A stretch of 64,000 bases of DNA from Planctomycetales bacterium. Its GTDB lineage: Bacteria > Planctomycetota > Planctomycetia > Pirellulales > S012-138. Made by a program: the position numbers and the translations under genes. Where the stretch lies: contig WFOE01000240.1 in the NCBI GenBank assembly GCA_015488215.1, forward strand, positions 9 through 64,008, in the 5' to 3' direction. The notes beneath the pieces are model-generated. The model worked only from the letters and a program-made list of their open reading frames with translations, did not search any database and was not told the origin of the DNA. Positions 39,312-49,122 of the stretch are shown piece by piece. Position 1 is the first letter of the stretch. Every line of letters starts with the position of its first letter.

Positions 39312-39824
39312 TCAACTCCGGGTGTTTTCCTGTCGCGAGTTACCGCCCTTTTCGGCCGTCAGGGACAAGGCTTCGTCCAGGTCCAACAGCACCAGGATGT
39401 CCCGTTCCATAGGAAGCACGCCGCGGAAGAACCGGGCCTGCACCCCCTGCACGTTGGCCGGCGGAGGGTTCAGCTCCTCCGGGTCCACTTCCACGATGTC
39501 GGCCACCTGGTCCACCAGCAGCCCGACCGGCTCGCCCTGGTAGAAGACAATCAAATTGCGCGTCTGGAGCGTTTGTTCGGCCGCGGGCAGCCCCAGCACA
39601 CGGTGCAAGTCCAGCACGGTGACCACCTCGCCGCGCAGGTTCACCACGCCGCGTACCTGGGGCGGGGCGTGCGGCACCGGGGTGAAGTCCAAGTGCCGGT
39701 TGATTTCCCGCACCTGGGCAATCGGCAGCCCCAGCAGCAGCGGGCCCACGTAGAACGTAACCACCGGCTCGGTGGCCGCGGTGTTTTCCGGTGCGGGAGT
39801 CAGGGAAGGTGCTACGCCCATCAT
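39312..39824 (-). CDS. cheW: Chemotaxis coupling protein CheW
   Basis: The CheW fold motifs are FYVGPLLLGLPIAQVREI and VRGVVNLRGEVVTVLDL. The start is uncertain (ATG 39824/39821, or upstream TTG 39884). Confidence 0.85.
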   Translation of the reverse strand: MMGVAPSLTPAPENTAATEPVVTFYVGPLLLGLPIAQVREINRHLDFTPVPHAPPQVRGVVNLRGEVVTVLDLHRVLGLPAAEQTLQTRNLIVFYQGEPVGLLVDQVADIVEVDPEELNPPPANVQGVQARFFRGVLPMERDILVLLDLDEALSLTAEKGGNSRQENTRS

Positions 39825-39894
39825 CTCCTTGGGTTCCTTGGCAGGAGGAAAGCCGCTTGTGGGCACGGGGAAACGCGTACGCAACTGTCCCGGC

Positions 39895-42705
39895 TCAGCC
39901 CACGGGAACCGGTTCTTCCTGGGGAGCCGGTCGTCGTTTCTGTTGCAGTAGCCGGCCGACGCTTTCGAGCAACTGCTCGCGATCCATCTTCACCTGGTAG
40001 TCGTCCACGCCGGCCTCTCGGCCGCGCTGCACGTCTTCCTGGCTGGAAAGCGAAGTGAGGGCCACCACCGGCAGCCAGCTCCACTGCGGATGCTGGCGAA
40101 TGGCCCGGCACAGCTCGAACCCGTTCATTCGAGGCATCTCGATGTCGGTAATCAGCAGGTCCACTTCCGCCTGGCCGGAGCAGAGCAGGTCCCAGGCCTC
40201 CTGGCCGTCCTCGCACTGCCGCACCTGGTAGCCGGCCTGGGTCAGGAATTCGGCCACCTTGGTGCGGAAGAACTTGGAGTCTTCCACCACCAGCAGCCGG
40301 TACTGCGTAGGAGCGGCTTCGGGCGCAGGCTCCGCCGGCGAGCGGGCGAACCACTCCGGATGGGCCTTCTGGGCCAGCTCGAACAGGTCCAGCAGCCTCA
40401 CCGTGCGACCGTCCACCACTACTGAGCCCATCACCCCCGGTTCGACGAAGCTTTCGGTGTCCACCTCCAGCGGGATTTCCTGCACGTCGCAAAGCTCGGG
40501 CACCAGCAGGCCCACTTCCCGGCGACGCAGGCGGAAGATAATGGCGAAAAGCCGCCGGGTTTCCGGGGCCGGCTTGACCTGAAGCAGCCGGTCCAACTGA
40601 AGCACTGGCAGCGTGTCGTGTTCGTATTGCAGAACCTGGTGCCCGCCCAAGTGCTGCAATTGCTCGCGGCGTACCCGTTCGATCCGGGCCACCAGCCCCA
40701 TGGGCACGGCGAAGTATTCTTCCGGATGGTTGGTAAAGAGCAGCACGGTTTGGGAATCGGCCGCGGTTGCTTCTTCCTCGGCGGCGTCCTCGGCTTCTTG
40801 CTGTTGCACGTTGCGCAACTGCACCGAGGCGGCGATTCCGGCCACGTCCAGAATCAACGCCACCTGTCCGTTGCCCAGGATGGTCGCCCCGGCCAGGCAG
40901 GGGCACCCTTTGAGATGCTGTCCCAGCGGCTTGACCACAATCTCCTGCGAGTCTTCCAGCGCATCGACCACCAGCCCGTAACGCTGCTGGCCGCTTTCCA
41001 GCACCAGGATGTTGATGGGCCCCTCGGTCGCCTGGGGCTGGCTCCCCCAGAGCACTTCGCTCAAATGCACCAGCGGCAGCAAGTCGCCGCGGAGTCGTAG
41101 CACGGGGGCTTCCTTAATCCGCCCGATCCGCCGTTGCCGTTCCCCGGCGCGCACCCGCACCAGCTCGACGATGTTCACCTGAGGCACGGCAAAGGGCTGG
41201 CAGCCGCAGCGCACGATCAGCGAAGGGATGATCGCCAGCGTCAGCGGCAAGGTGATGTGCACGGTGGTTCCCTGGCCCAGTTGGCTTTCCACTTCGACGG
41301 TGCCGCCAAGCCGCTCGATGTTGCTCCGCACCACGTCCATGCCCACGCCGCGCCCCGACACGTCGGTCACCTTCTCGGCGGTGCTGAAGCCGGGGGCGAA
41401 GATCAGTTGCAGGGCTTCGCGGGTGCTCATCGCTTCGGCCCGCTCGCGGGAAATCAGCCCTCGGGCCACCGCCTTTTCCTTGAGCCGCTGCGGGTCGATT
41501 CCCCGGCCGTCGTCCACCACGTCCAGGCAGACCTTGCCGGCCTGGTGATAGGCCCGAAGCTCCAGCCGGCCCTCCGGCTCCTTGCCGGCGGCGACGCGCT
41601 GTTCGGGCGTTTCGATTCCGTGGTCCAGCGCGTTACGCACCAGATGGGTGAGAGGGTCGCTGATTGCCTCGATAATCGACTTATCCACTTCGACTTCCTT
41701 GCCGGTGATTTCCAGGCGGCACTGCTTGCCGAGCTTCCGGGCCAGATCGCGCACCACGCGGCCGAAGCGGTTGAGCACGTTGCCCAGGGGCTGCAAGCGG
41801 GTTTGCATCACCGCCTCTTGCAGTTCGCTGGTAACCCGATCCAGCCCGGCCACAATGGCCCCGCCCCCCTGGACCAGCGAGGTGTCCAACTGTTGCAGCA
41901 GTTGGTTCCTGGACAGCACCAGCTCTCCGGCCAGGTTCATCAGCCGGTCCAGCACGTGGACCGGCACGCGCAAACTAGTTTCCGCAGCGGTCGTTCGTGG
42001 GGTCGGTTTCTGGGGCGCAGGTCCCCCTGCGCCGTTTTGCTTTTGGGCAGCCGGGGGCGAAGGAGGCTGCGCAGCCTGGCCGGATGCGGCCTTGGTTTCT
42101 CCGGCGGCGGAAGGCTGCGTCTGCCCCTGGGCCGGGGCTGCGTTCGACTGGACCGGAGTGGGCGAAGCGGACTTTTCCTGGCCGGAAGCAGAACCGTCAG
42201 AAGACTGGGAAGACGGTTGCTCCTGGGCCGTTTCGTTTTGCGGTCCCGGGGTGTTCTGCTGCTCGGTTGTTTCTCGCTGCTCGGTTGTTTCTCGTTGCCC
42301 GGAAGCGGCTTCTTCGCCCGCAGCGCCCGAGGCGGCCTGCTGCAACTGCTGGACCAGTTCCTGGATGTCGCACTCTTGGCTCTGGTCCACGTTTTGGATC
42401 ATCCAGCGCAACTGGTCGGCCGCCCGCAGCAGCACATCCACCACCTCGCTGCTGGGCACCAGTTGGCCGTTGCGGATCAGGTCCAGCACATGCTCGGCGC
42501 TGTGGGCCAGTTGGTTGATCTGGGTCAGGCCCAGGAACCCGGCCGCTCCTTTGACCGAGTGGATGGCCCGGAACACCTTATTGACCAGCTCCAAGTCGAG
42601 CTGTTCGCCCTGCTGTTCAATCAACAGCAGTTCCTGCTCGATGTCGGCCAGGTGTTCCAGGGATTCTTCGACAAAACTTTGCACGAGTTCCGGATCGTCG
42701 AACAC
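39895..42705 (-). CDS. cheA: Hybrid chemotaxis histidine kinase CheA with two CheW-like domains and a C-terminal receiver
   Basis: The domains are Hpt (FRAIHSVKGAAGFLGL), a long S/Q/P/A linker containing a RETTEQ-RETTEQ duplication, and a dimerisation domain. These are followed by HATPase (HLVRNALDHGIE, DDGRGID), two CheW-like segments, and REC (RLLVVEDSKFFR, LLITDIEMPRMNG). GTG start. Confidence 0.92.
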   Translation of the reverse strand: MFDDPELVQSFVEESLEHLADIEQELLLIEQQGEQLDLELVNKVFRAIHSVKGAAGFLGLTQINQLAHSAEHVLDLIRNGQLVPSSEVVDVLLRAADQLRWMIQNVDQSQECDIQELVQQLQQAASGAAGEEAASGQRETTEQRETTEQQNTPGPQNETAQEQPSSQSSDGSASGQEKSASPTPVQSNAAPAQGQTQPSAAGETKAASGQAAQPPSPPAAQKQNGAGGPAPQKPTPRTTAAETSLRVPVHVLDRLMNLAGELVLSRNQLLQQLDTSLVQGGGAIVAGLDRVTSELQEAVMQTRLQPLGNVLNRFGRVVRDLARKLGKQCRLEITGKEVEVDKSIIEAISDPLTHLVRNALDHGIETPEQRVAAGKEPEGRLELRAYHQAGKVCLDVVDDGRGIDPQRLKEKAVARGLISRERAEAMSTREALQLIFAPGFSTAEKVTDVSGRGVGMDVVRSNIERLGGTVEVESQLGQGTTVHITLPLTLAIIPSLIVRCGCQPFAVPQVNIVELVRVRAGERQRRIGRIKEAPVLRLRGDLLPLVHLSEVLWGSQPQATEGPINILVLESGQQRYGLVVDALEDSQEIVVKPLGQHLKGCPCLAGATILGNGQVALILDVAGIAASVQLRNVQQQEAEDAAEEEATAADSQTVLLFTNHPEEYFAVPMGLVARIERVRREQLQHLGGHQVLQYEHDTLPVLQLDRLLQVKPAPETRRLFAIIFRLRRREVGLLVPELCDVQEIPLEVDTESFVEPGVMGSVVVDGRTVRLLDLFELAQKAHPEWFARSPAEPAPEAAPTQYRLLVVEDSKFFRTKVAEFLTQAGYQVRQCEDGQEAWDLLCSGQAEVDLLITDIEMPRMNGFELCRAIRQHPQWSWLPVVALTSLSSQEDVQRGREAGVDDYQVKMDREQLLESVGRLLQQKRRPAPQEEPVPVG

Positions 42706-43289
42706 CGAAACAGTCTCCGTAGCTGAAACAAGGTTTTTCCCTGGCTGGGCAGCCGCACGCTCAAGAAGTGGGGCACGCGGTTTTCCCTCCGCTGGGGGGA
42801 GGGGATGTTGCTTCTATTTCCCTGTTCACCATTGACTTACGATGCCTGCGGCGCAAGGCAAGCCGGAAGGAAAGCGTGGCCTGCCGAATTGGTCTTTTTT
42901 CACCAGTGGAAGCGCTACATCCCACAAACTCATAACCCCCCGTATTTACACCAGCAGAAGCTGATGCAGCCGGAAGCGATGCCGGCCCAAAGACGCTCCC
43001 CCCGTTCGAAGTACTGCCGGCGTTTGCGCCCTTCGAAGCACACAGCCTCTGGCCTTTGGGCGCTGCCCGATTGCGAGCGTGCGTGTTTCAAACGGATGAC
43101 CGTTACTACTACCGCCTTAAACCGTCTGCTTGGCACATTTTCTTGGCTGGCAACGGGAAGCGGCTCGGCAAAGAGGAAAGTCGGCGTTTGTTCCGCACCG
43201 GAGCCAGATGCTCCTTTTCGGAACTCAGGGCGGAAGGTTTGTGGTACAGAAGCCCTGAAGCGGAACGGGGGAACCTTCTGGCCCTCAAC

Positions 43290-45623
43290 TCACACGCACC
43301 AGTCCAGCACATCGACTGCCGTAGTGGGCGAATCGGAGCGGGGCGAGTCTTCGGTCTTCGCGGCGGCCGTTTTCAAGTGGCGGGCCACCGTTTCCAACAA
43401 CTGCTGTTTGCGGAACGGTTTGGCCAGGTGGTCGTCGCAGCCGGCCTGTTTGGCCTTTTGCAGCTCGCCCTTCATGGCGTGGGCGGTCAGAGCCACGATG
43501 GGCAAACGGAAGCCAAGCTCGCGCAACTTGCCCGTGGCCGTGTAGCCGTCCATCACAGGCATTTGCACGTCCATGAGCACCAGATCGTAGGGTTGCCCTT
43601 TTTCCTCGGCGGCTTGGACCATTTCCACGGCCTTCTGGCCGTTTTCGGCCAGTTCCACCTCGGCACCGGCTTTGCGAAGCAGGAAGGAGATTAGCCGCTG
43701 GTTGTCCGGACCGTCTTCGGCCACCAGAATCCTCGCACCGCGCAAGTCGACGGCCTGGTCCGCTTCGGTCTTCTTCCGGCGGTTGCCCTCCTGGGACGGT
43801 TCGAGACTGGCCACCATGGGCACGCCGTCCAGCGGGCCGGTCTTGACGCGGACGATGAACGTGCTTCCCTTGCCGGGAGTGCTTTCCACGGTCAAATCGC
43901 CGCCGAGCATCCGCGTCAGCCGCCGGGAGATGGTAAGCCCCAGCCCGGTGCCGCCGAACTTGCGCGTGACCGACGTGTCGGCCTGGCTGAAGGGCTGGAA
44001 GATGGTGTCCAGTTTTTCCTTGGGAATGCCGATGCCGGTGTCGATGACGCGGAACTCCAGTAGCGGTTCCTGGCCCTCCTCCTGGACCAGCGCCGCCCGG
44101 ATTGTCACTCCGCCAATCTCGGTGAACTTGATGGCGTTGCCCACCAGATTGACCAGCACCTGGCGCAGCCGGGTGGGATCGCTGGTAATCCGCTGCGGGA
44201 TGGGCGTGGCCAGTTCTACTTGGAGCTTCAGGTTGCGGCTGTCGGCCCGGGGGCGCATCAGCTCGACCACTTCGCGCAGCAGTTGCACCGGGTAGCATTC
44301 GATGCGTTCTACTTCCAGGCGTCCGGCTTCGATTTTCGAAAGATCGAGGATGTCGTTAATCAGAGCCAGCAGGAACTCGCCGTTGCGGCGGATGGTTTCC
44401 ACGGCGCGGCGGTTTTCCGGGTCCTGGAGCCGGTCCAGCAGCACTTCCGAATAGCCGATAATGGCCGTTAGCGGAGTGCGGATTTCGTGGCTGGTGTTGG
44501 CCAGGAACTCCGATTTGCTCTGGCTGGCCGCTTCGGCCGCCCGTTGCGATTCTTCCAGTTTGGCCGCCTGTTCCTGCAAAGCATGGTTCTGGCGTTCAAG
44601 CTGCAAGCGGTGTTCGTGCAGCAGATAGGTCTGTTCTTCCAAGGTGATTCGGGTCACTTCCAGTTCGGCGGCGTAGTATTGCAGCTCCTCGCGCACTTGC
44701 TGCTCCCGGCGCAACTGGCCGATGTGTTCCATAACCAGCCCCAGCCCGGGCAGGGAATAGGCCATCAGCTTCATCGTCCCGGCGGCGATGAATGTGGCAT
44801 CCAGAACGGTTTTGGCCCCCAACCACAAGTAAAGGTCGGAAGCCACGTGGGGAAGCACGGAAATCCACAGCATCATGGCCAGCGGCGAGGGGCGGCCTCG
44901 CCAGTAGCGGGGAAAGACCCACACGCCCCCCAGCAAAAACACGCCCGTAGTGAGCAGATCGGCCACCGAAGTCCAGGCGCGAACCGTTGCGCGATCCCCG
45001 GTAAGCCATGGATGCTGGGAAATCAGGTACACGGCCGTCCCGGAAAACAGACTCACGGCTATTGTGATTCCCAGCGAACCCACCGTGCTAAGACGTCTGC
45101 GGCGCGGCTCCCCCAGTTCCAGACCCGTAGCGTAGATGCCGCCGACCAGCAGGGCGGCGAACAGAAACCGACTCAAGCACCATGTGCTCCAGAGAAATCC
45201 CTCCCAGGAAGTTTGCAAGGGCAACAACTGGCCCGCCCCGGCCAGATGCACGATATCCATCGTGGCCGCACAGGCGATGGCTAGCCCCAACACCATCACC
45301 GAGCATTCGCCTTCGCTTTGGTAATGGATCCAGGCCATCAACAGCACACACATGCCAAAAGCCACTCCCGCCGCACCGACCACCAGATGCAAGGCCAAGT
45401 GGCTGATGGGCAGTTGTTGCAAAGTGACGAAGCCTGCCTGGGCTGCGGCCGAAGCCGCTGAGCCGGGCGTGTGCCCGGAGAGAGCCATTACCGCAGCCGG
45501 AATCAAGCAGGCCAGCAGGACGCTCAGCCAGCCGAATGCGTATCCGCGGCGGAGCGATTCTTCGGCCAGCGAGTTGGGCTGCGTCTGGTGAGAGCGAGCG
45601 TCGGGCAGATCGGGGGTGTTCAT
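43290..45623 (-). CDS. Hybrid sensor histidine kinase (multi-TM sensor, HisKA, HATPase, receiver)
   Basis: The N-terminal region has about 8 hydrophobic helices and is followed by a coiled coil. The kinase part has His[23 protein letters not shown], HATPase (GNAIKFT, DTGIGI, GGTGLGL) and REC ([24 protein letters not shown]). The start is placed at ATG 45623. Confidence 0.88.
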   Translation of the reverse strand: MNTPDLPDARSHQTQPNSLAEESLRRGYAFGWLSVLLACLIPAAVMALSGHTPGSAASAAAQAGFVTLQQLPISHLALHLVVGAAGVAFGMCVLLMAWIHYQSEGECSVMVLGLAIACAATMDIVHLAGAGQLLPLQTSWEGFLWSTWCLSRFLFAALLVGGIYATGLELGEPRRRRLSTVGSLGITIAVSLFSGTAVYLISQHPWLTGDRATVRAWTSVADLLTTGVFLLGGVWVFPRYWRGRPSPLAMMLWISVLPHVASDLYLWLGAKTVLDATFIAAGTMKLMAYSLPGLGLVMEHIGQLRREQQVREELQYYAAELEVTRITLEEQTYLLHEHRLQLERQNHALQEQAAKLEESQRAAEAASQSKSEFLANTSHEIRTPLTAIIGYSEVLLDRLQDPENRRAVETIRRNGEFLLALINDILDLSKIEAGRLEVERIECYPVQLLREVVELMRPRADSRNLKLQVELATPIPQRITSDPTRLRQVLVNLVGNAIKFTEIGGVTIRAALVQEEGQEPLLEFRVIDTGIGIPKEKLDTIFQPFSQADTSVTRKFGGTGLGLTISRRLTRMLGGDLTVESTPGKGSTFIVRVKTGPLDGVPMVASLEPSQEGNRRKKTEADQAVDLRGARILVAEDGPDNQRLISFLLRKAGAEVELAENGQKAVEMVQAAEEKGQPYDLVLMDVQMPVMDGYTATGKLRELGFRLPIVALTAHAMKGELQKAKQAGCDDHLAKPFRKQQLLETVARHLKTAAAKTEDSPRSDSPTTAVDVLDWCV

Positions 45624-45920
45624 AGCCGGGGCCCTGAATGGCGGCAAAGGAGTTAACGCGTCGGGGGAGTTCGATTGCCCCGATTGCGCCGGCCGCTTTC
45701 GGCGGCGTGGCTGGTCCGAAGCGTTCCGGTCTGCTTGGTGCCTTGAACCGGGGGGCCGAGTCGAGCCAACCCGGTTTGCCGGAAACGCAACGGGCCTAGT
45801 GCTCCTGACTGTGCAAAGATAGCTTCTCCCCTTTGGCCAGGAGTGCATCCCCGACGGGGGCATTTCTTTTCCCTGGGGCAAACGCCCCTGCCAGGACCGA
45901 TCCTGCCGGTTGTGACAACC

Positions 45921-45950
45921 TTGACGGTTCTGCGGCCCGAGACCTACGAT
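45921..45950 (+). promoter_or_regulatory. Candidate sigma70-type promoter for hom
   Basis: TTGACG (45921-45926), an 18-nt spacer, then TACGAT (45945-45950), about 135 nt upstream of ATG 46087. This is pattern match only. Confidence 0.3.
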
Positions 45951-46086
45951 GGCACTTTTGTATCCTCGCCCGGGGGAGCATTCCTTCGGGGCCGAGCCGT
46001 TTATCCACCCTCAAAATTCGCAGCCGCAGCCATTTTTCCGACTGCCGCTGACAGGTTTCCTGCTTTGCTGGCGGAAGCAAGCGTCC

Positions 46087-47385
46087 ATGGAAAAGACCAA
46101 GGTAGCCATCGTGGGTCTGGGCACCGTCGGCACCGGCGTGGCCCGGCTGCTGTTGGACTACGGCGACCGCACCGCTCGGCACGCCGGACGCACGCTCTGG
46201 CTAGAGAAAGTGGTGGTACGGAATCCGGCCAAGCCCCGGGCCATCCGGCTCCCCCAGGGTGTGATGACCGACCGCCTGGAAGACGTAACCGGCAACCCCG
46301 AGATCAAGGCCGTGGCTCAGCTCATCGGCGGCTTGGAGCCGGCCCGGACCATCATGCTCCGCCTGCTGGAAAGCGGCAAAGATGTCATCACGGCCAACAA
46401 GGCGCTGCTGGCCGAGCACGGGGGCGAGCTGTTCGACCGGGCCCGGGCACTTGGCCGCACAATCGCTTTCGAAGCCGCGGTGGCCGGAGGTATTCCCATC
46501 ATCACCAACATCAGCCAGTGCCTTTCGGCCAATCAGATTACGTCGATCCACGCCATCCTCAACGGCACCAGCAACTACATCCTCACACGGATGGAAGAAG
46601 AAAACTGCACGTTTGCCCAGGCCGTGGCCGAAGCCCAACGCCAGGGCTACGCCGAAGCCGACCCCACGATGGACATCGACGGCACCGACGCGGCCCAAAA
46701 ACTGGCCATCCTGGCCCACCTGGCCTTTGGAGCTCGGGTCCATTGGGGCGACATCCCCCGCCGCGGCATCCAGACGGTGGAAGCGGCCGATTTGCAGTAC
46801 GCCCGGCAGTTGGGCTACCGGATCAAACTGCTGGCGGTGGCCGAGCTGTTGGGCGAAGGGTTGCAGCTTTACGTCTCGCCCACGTTGGTCAAGATTGGCA
46901 CCCCATTGGCCGAAGTGCGCGGGGCGTATAATGCCGTCTCGGTGGTAGGAGACGCGGTGGGGCGCGTGTTTTTCCACGGGCTGGGAGCCGGACAGATGCC
47001 CACCGCTTCGGCCGTGGTGGCCGACATGATCGACGTGGTGGTGGGCCGGGCGCCTATCACGTTCCGCACCCTGGAGCTTTGGTCCCAGCGCTACGACCGC
47101 CTGCAACCGCCGCCCCCGGAACAGATGCCCGGCAAGTTCTACTTGCGATTCAATGTGGAAGACCGGCCTGGCGTAATGGCCGAGCTGACCAGCGTGCTGG
47201 GACGGCACCAGATTTCGATTGCCTCCATCATCCAGCATCCGGGGACCGACGACACCCCAGGCGTAGTTCCTCTGGTCATTATGACCCACCAAACGACCGA
47301 AGGCGCCGTGCTTTCGGCCCTGGAACAGATCAAACACCTGCCCTGCGTTCAGGGGGGGAATGTGGTGCTACGGGTGCGGAACTAG
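46087..47385 (+). CDS. hom: Homoserine dehydrogenase
   Basis: MEKTKVAIVGLGTVGTGV Rossmann fold, a catalytic domain (ILNGTSNYILTRM, AEADPTMDIDGTDAAQK) and a C-terminal ACT domain. Confidence 0.93.
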   Translation: MEKTKVAIVGLGTVGTGVARLLLDYGDRTARHAGRTLWLEKVVVRNPAKPRAIRLPQGVMTDRLEDVTGNPEIKAVAQLIGGLEPARTIMLRLLESGKDVITANKALLAEHGGELFDRARALGRTIAFEAAVAGGIPIITNISQCLSANQITSIHAILNGTSNYILTRMEEENCTFAQAVAEAQRQGYAEADPTMDIDGTDAAQKLAILAHLAFGARVHWGDIPRRGIQTVEAADLQYARQLGYRIKLLAVAELLGEGLQLYVSPTLVKIGTPLAEVRGAYNAVSVVGDAVGRVFFHGLGAGQMPTASAVVADMIDVVVGRAPITFRTLELWSQRYDRLQPPPPEQMPGKFYLRFNVEDRPGVMAELTSVLGRHQISIASIIQHPGTDDTPGVVPLVIMTHQTTEGAVLSALEQIKHLPCVQGGNVVLRVRN

Positions 47386-47515
47386 CCCCCTTGTTCCCCC
47401 CGGCCAAACGTGCCATACCTGAGAAAAACACCCGCGGCGGTGGGTCTACCGGGGACAAAACGCCCTTGAAAACCGACGATTCCTTGGAACGAAACTATTG
47501 AGCGTTGGTACCGCA

Positions 47516-48721
47516 ATGAAATACGCCATTGTCATTCCCGACGGCTGCGCCGACGAGCCGCAGCCGAGCCTGCAAGACCGGACTCCGCTGCAAGCCGCCC
47601 GCACTCCGGCCATGGACGCCGTAGCCCAGGCGGGCGTGGTGGGCCGGGCAAACCATGTGCCCGAGCCGCTCCCGGCCGGTTCCGAAACGGCCAACATGAG
47701 CCTGTTGGGCTACGATCCGCTAAAACACTTCACGGGCCGGGCCCCCATCGAGGCGGCCGCCCAGGGAATCCATCTGGCCGCGGAAGATTGGGCCGTCCGC
47801 TGCAACCTGGTTACTATCCAGGACCAGGTGATGCGGGACTTCACCGCCGGGCACGTCAGCACCGAAGAAGCCGCCCAGTTGCTCCGCTCGCTGCAGGAGG
47901 CGGTGGACCTGCCCCAGGTGGAGTTTCGTCCCGGGGTGAGCTACCGGAACCTGATGCTTTACCGCGGGTCGGCCGAGCAGCCGGCTCCGTTTTCGGCCGA
48001 CACACGCACCACCGCTCCCCACGACCTGACCGACCAGGAAGTGGTGGACCACTACCCGCGCGGTCCCGGCAGCGACTTGCTGGTGCGGCTGATGCAACAA
48101 AGCGTGGAGGTGTTCCGCGATCACCCGGTCAATCAGCAACGCCGCGCCGCAGGAAAACCGGTGGCTACCAATGTGTGGCTCTGGGGATTGGGGCAGACCC
48201 CGCAACTGGAACCGTTCGCCAATCGGTTCGGCCTGCAAGGGGCCATGATTACGGCGGTGGATTTGCTGCGGGGGCTGGCCCGGCTCATCGGCTGGCAGGT
48301 GATCGAAGTGCCCGGGGCCACGGGCTACCTGGACACCGACTACGCGGCCAAGGGGCGCTACGCCGTGGAGGCGCTGGAGCGATTCGACGTTGTGTGCGTC
48401 CACATCGAAGCCCCGGACGAAGCCAGCCACGAAGGGAACGTCCAGGCCAAGGTCGAATCGCTGGAGCAGATCGACCGGCACATCGTGGCCCCGCTGTACG
48501 AGGCGCTGAAGGCCCAGGGCGAGTTCCGCATCCTGGTCACGCCCGACCATCCCACCCCCTTGCGGACCAAGATGCACAGCCGCGGCTGGGTTCCCCTGGC
48601 CGCCGCGGGCACCGGAATCGCTCCGGACCAGAGCACTCGCTACGACGAACCCACCGCCGAGCAGGCCCCCCTGGAGTTTCCGGAAGGTTGGGCCATGATG
48701 GACTGGTTCATCGCCAAGTAG
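47516..48721 (+). CDS. ApgM-type cofactor-independent phosphoglycerate mutase family protein (proposed homoserine kinase subfamily)
   Basis: MKYAIVIPDGCADEP...TPLQAARTPAMDAV...AGSETANMSLLGYDP and the C-terminal HIEAPDEASHEGN are metalloenzyme-superfamily motifs. The gene sits directly after hom. Confidence 0.8.
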   Translation: MKYAIVIPDGCADEPQPSLQDRTPLQAARTPAMDAVAQAGVVGRANHVPEPLPAGSETANMSLLGYDPLKHFTGRAPIEAAAQGIHLAAEDWAVRCNLVTIQDQVMRDFTAGHVSTEEAAQLLRSLQEAVDLPQVEFRPGVSYRNLMLYRGSAEQPAPFSADTRTTAPHDLTDQEVVDHYPRGPGSDLLVRLMQQSVEVFRDHPVNQQRRAAGKPVATNVWLWGLGQTPQLEPFANRFGLQGAMITAVDLLRGLARLIGWQVIEVPGATGYLDTDYAAKGRYAVEALERFDVVCVHIEAPDEASHEGNVQAKVESLEQIDRHIVAPLYEALKAQGEFRILVTPDHPTPLRTKMHSRGWVPLAAAGTGIAPDQSTRYDEPTAEQAPLEFPEGWAMMDWFIAK

Positions 48722-49110
48722 TGGCGGCTTGCGGCGTGCGACGTGCGCCGTGCGGCTTGCGCCGTGCGGCTTGCGACTGGTGCTTCCGCACCGAGCCGGG
48801 AACAAACGCCAACTTGTGCCAACTTGCCTGACTGGCGAGCCGGGGGCGTTAGCTCCTGGAGGACGGCACGGCCGTCGGCGACTGGGTGCTTCCGCACCGA
48901 AGCAAGAATAAGCGCCTATTCGCGCAACTGGCGAGCCGCGACCTCAGTCGGCGGAGGACAGCACGGTCGCAGCCATTGGGAGCGCCCGCTCCAAGGCAAG
49001 AGAACAAGCGCCTATTCCGCAACTGACAACCGGCGAGCCAGGAGCGTCAGCTCCCGGAGGGACTCGTCGCACGAACCGCCAACTTTTTCGGCGGATGAAA
49101 ACCAAACACC
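48722..49110 (+). repeat. Mosaic hairpin-module repeat locus E, between the ApgM-like gene and the aspartate kinase gene
   Basis: Contains GGCTTGCGGCGTGCGACGTGCGCCGTGCGGCTTGCGCCGTGCGGCTTGCG, GGTGCTTCCGCACC (48779-48792) and the about-65-nt unit GGCGAGCCGGGGGCGTTAGCTCCTGGAGGACGGCACGGCCGTCGGCGACTGGGTGCTTCCGCACC (48835-48898). It also has the direct repeat AAGCGCCTATTC(GC)GCAACTG (two copies) and GGCGAGCCAGGAGCGTCAGCTCCCGGAGG (49032-49060). Confidence 0.85.
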
Positions 49111-49122
49111 GGAGAGACACCC

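Noticed and set aside
43173-43184. GAGGAAAGTCGG resembling the RNase P RNA CR-I block (GAGGAAAGTCCGG)
   Set aside because: It is an isolated 12-mer. A roughly 350-nt RNase P RNA starting here would run into the histidine-kinase coding region, and no CR-IV/CR-V-like blocks follow.
1-49110. Whether the intergenic repeat loci could be CRISPR arrays
   Set aside because: There is no constant-length direct repeat alternating with unique spacers of regular length. The modules are heterogeneous, shuffled and often palindromic. No cas genes are in the window.
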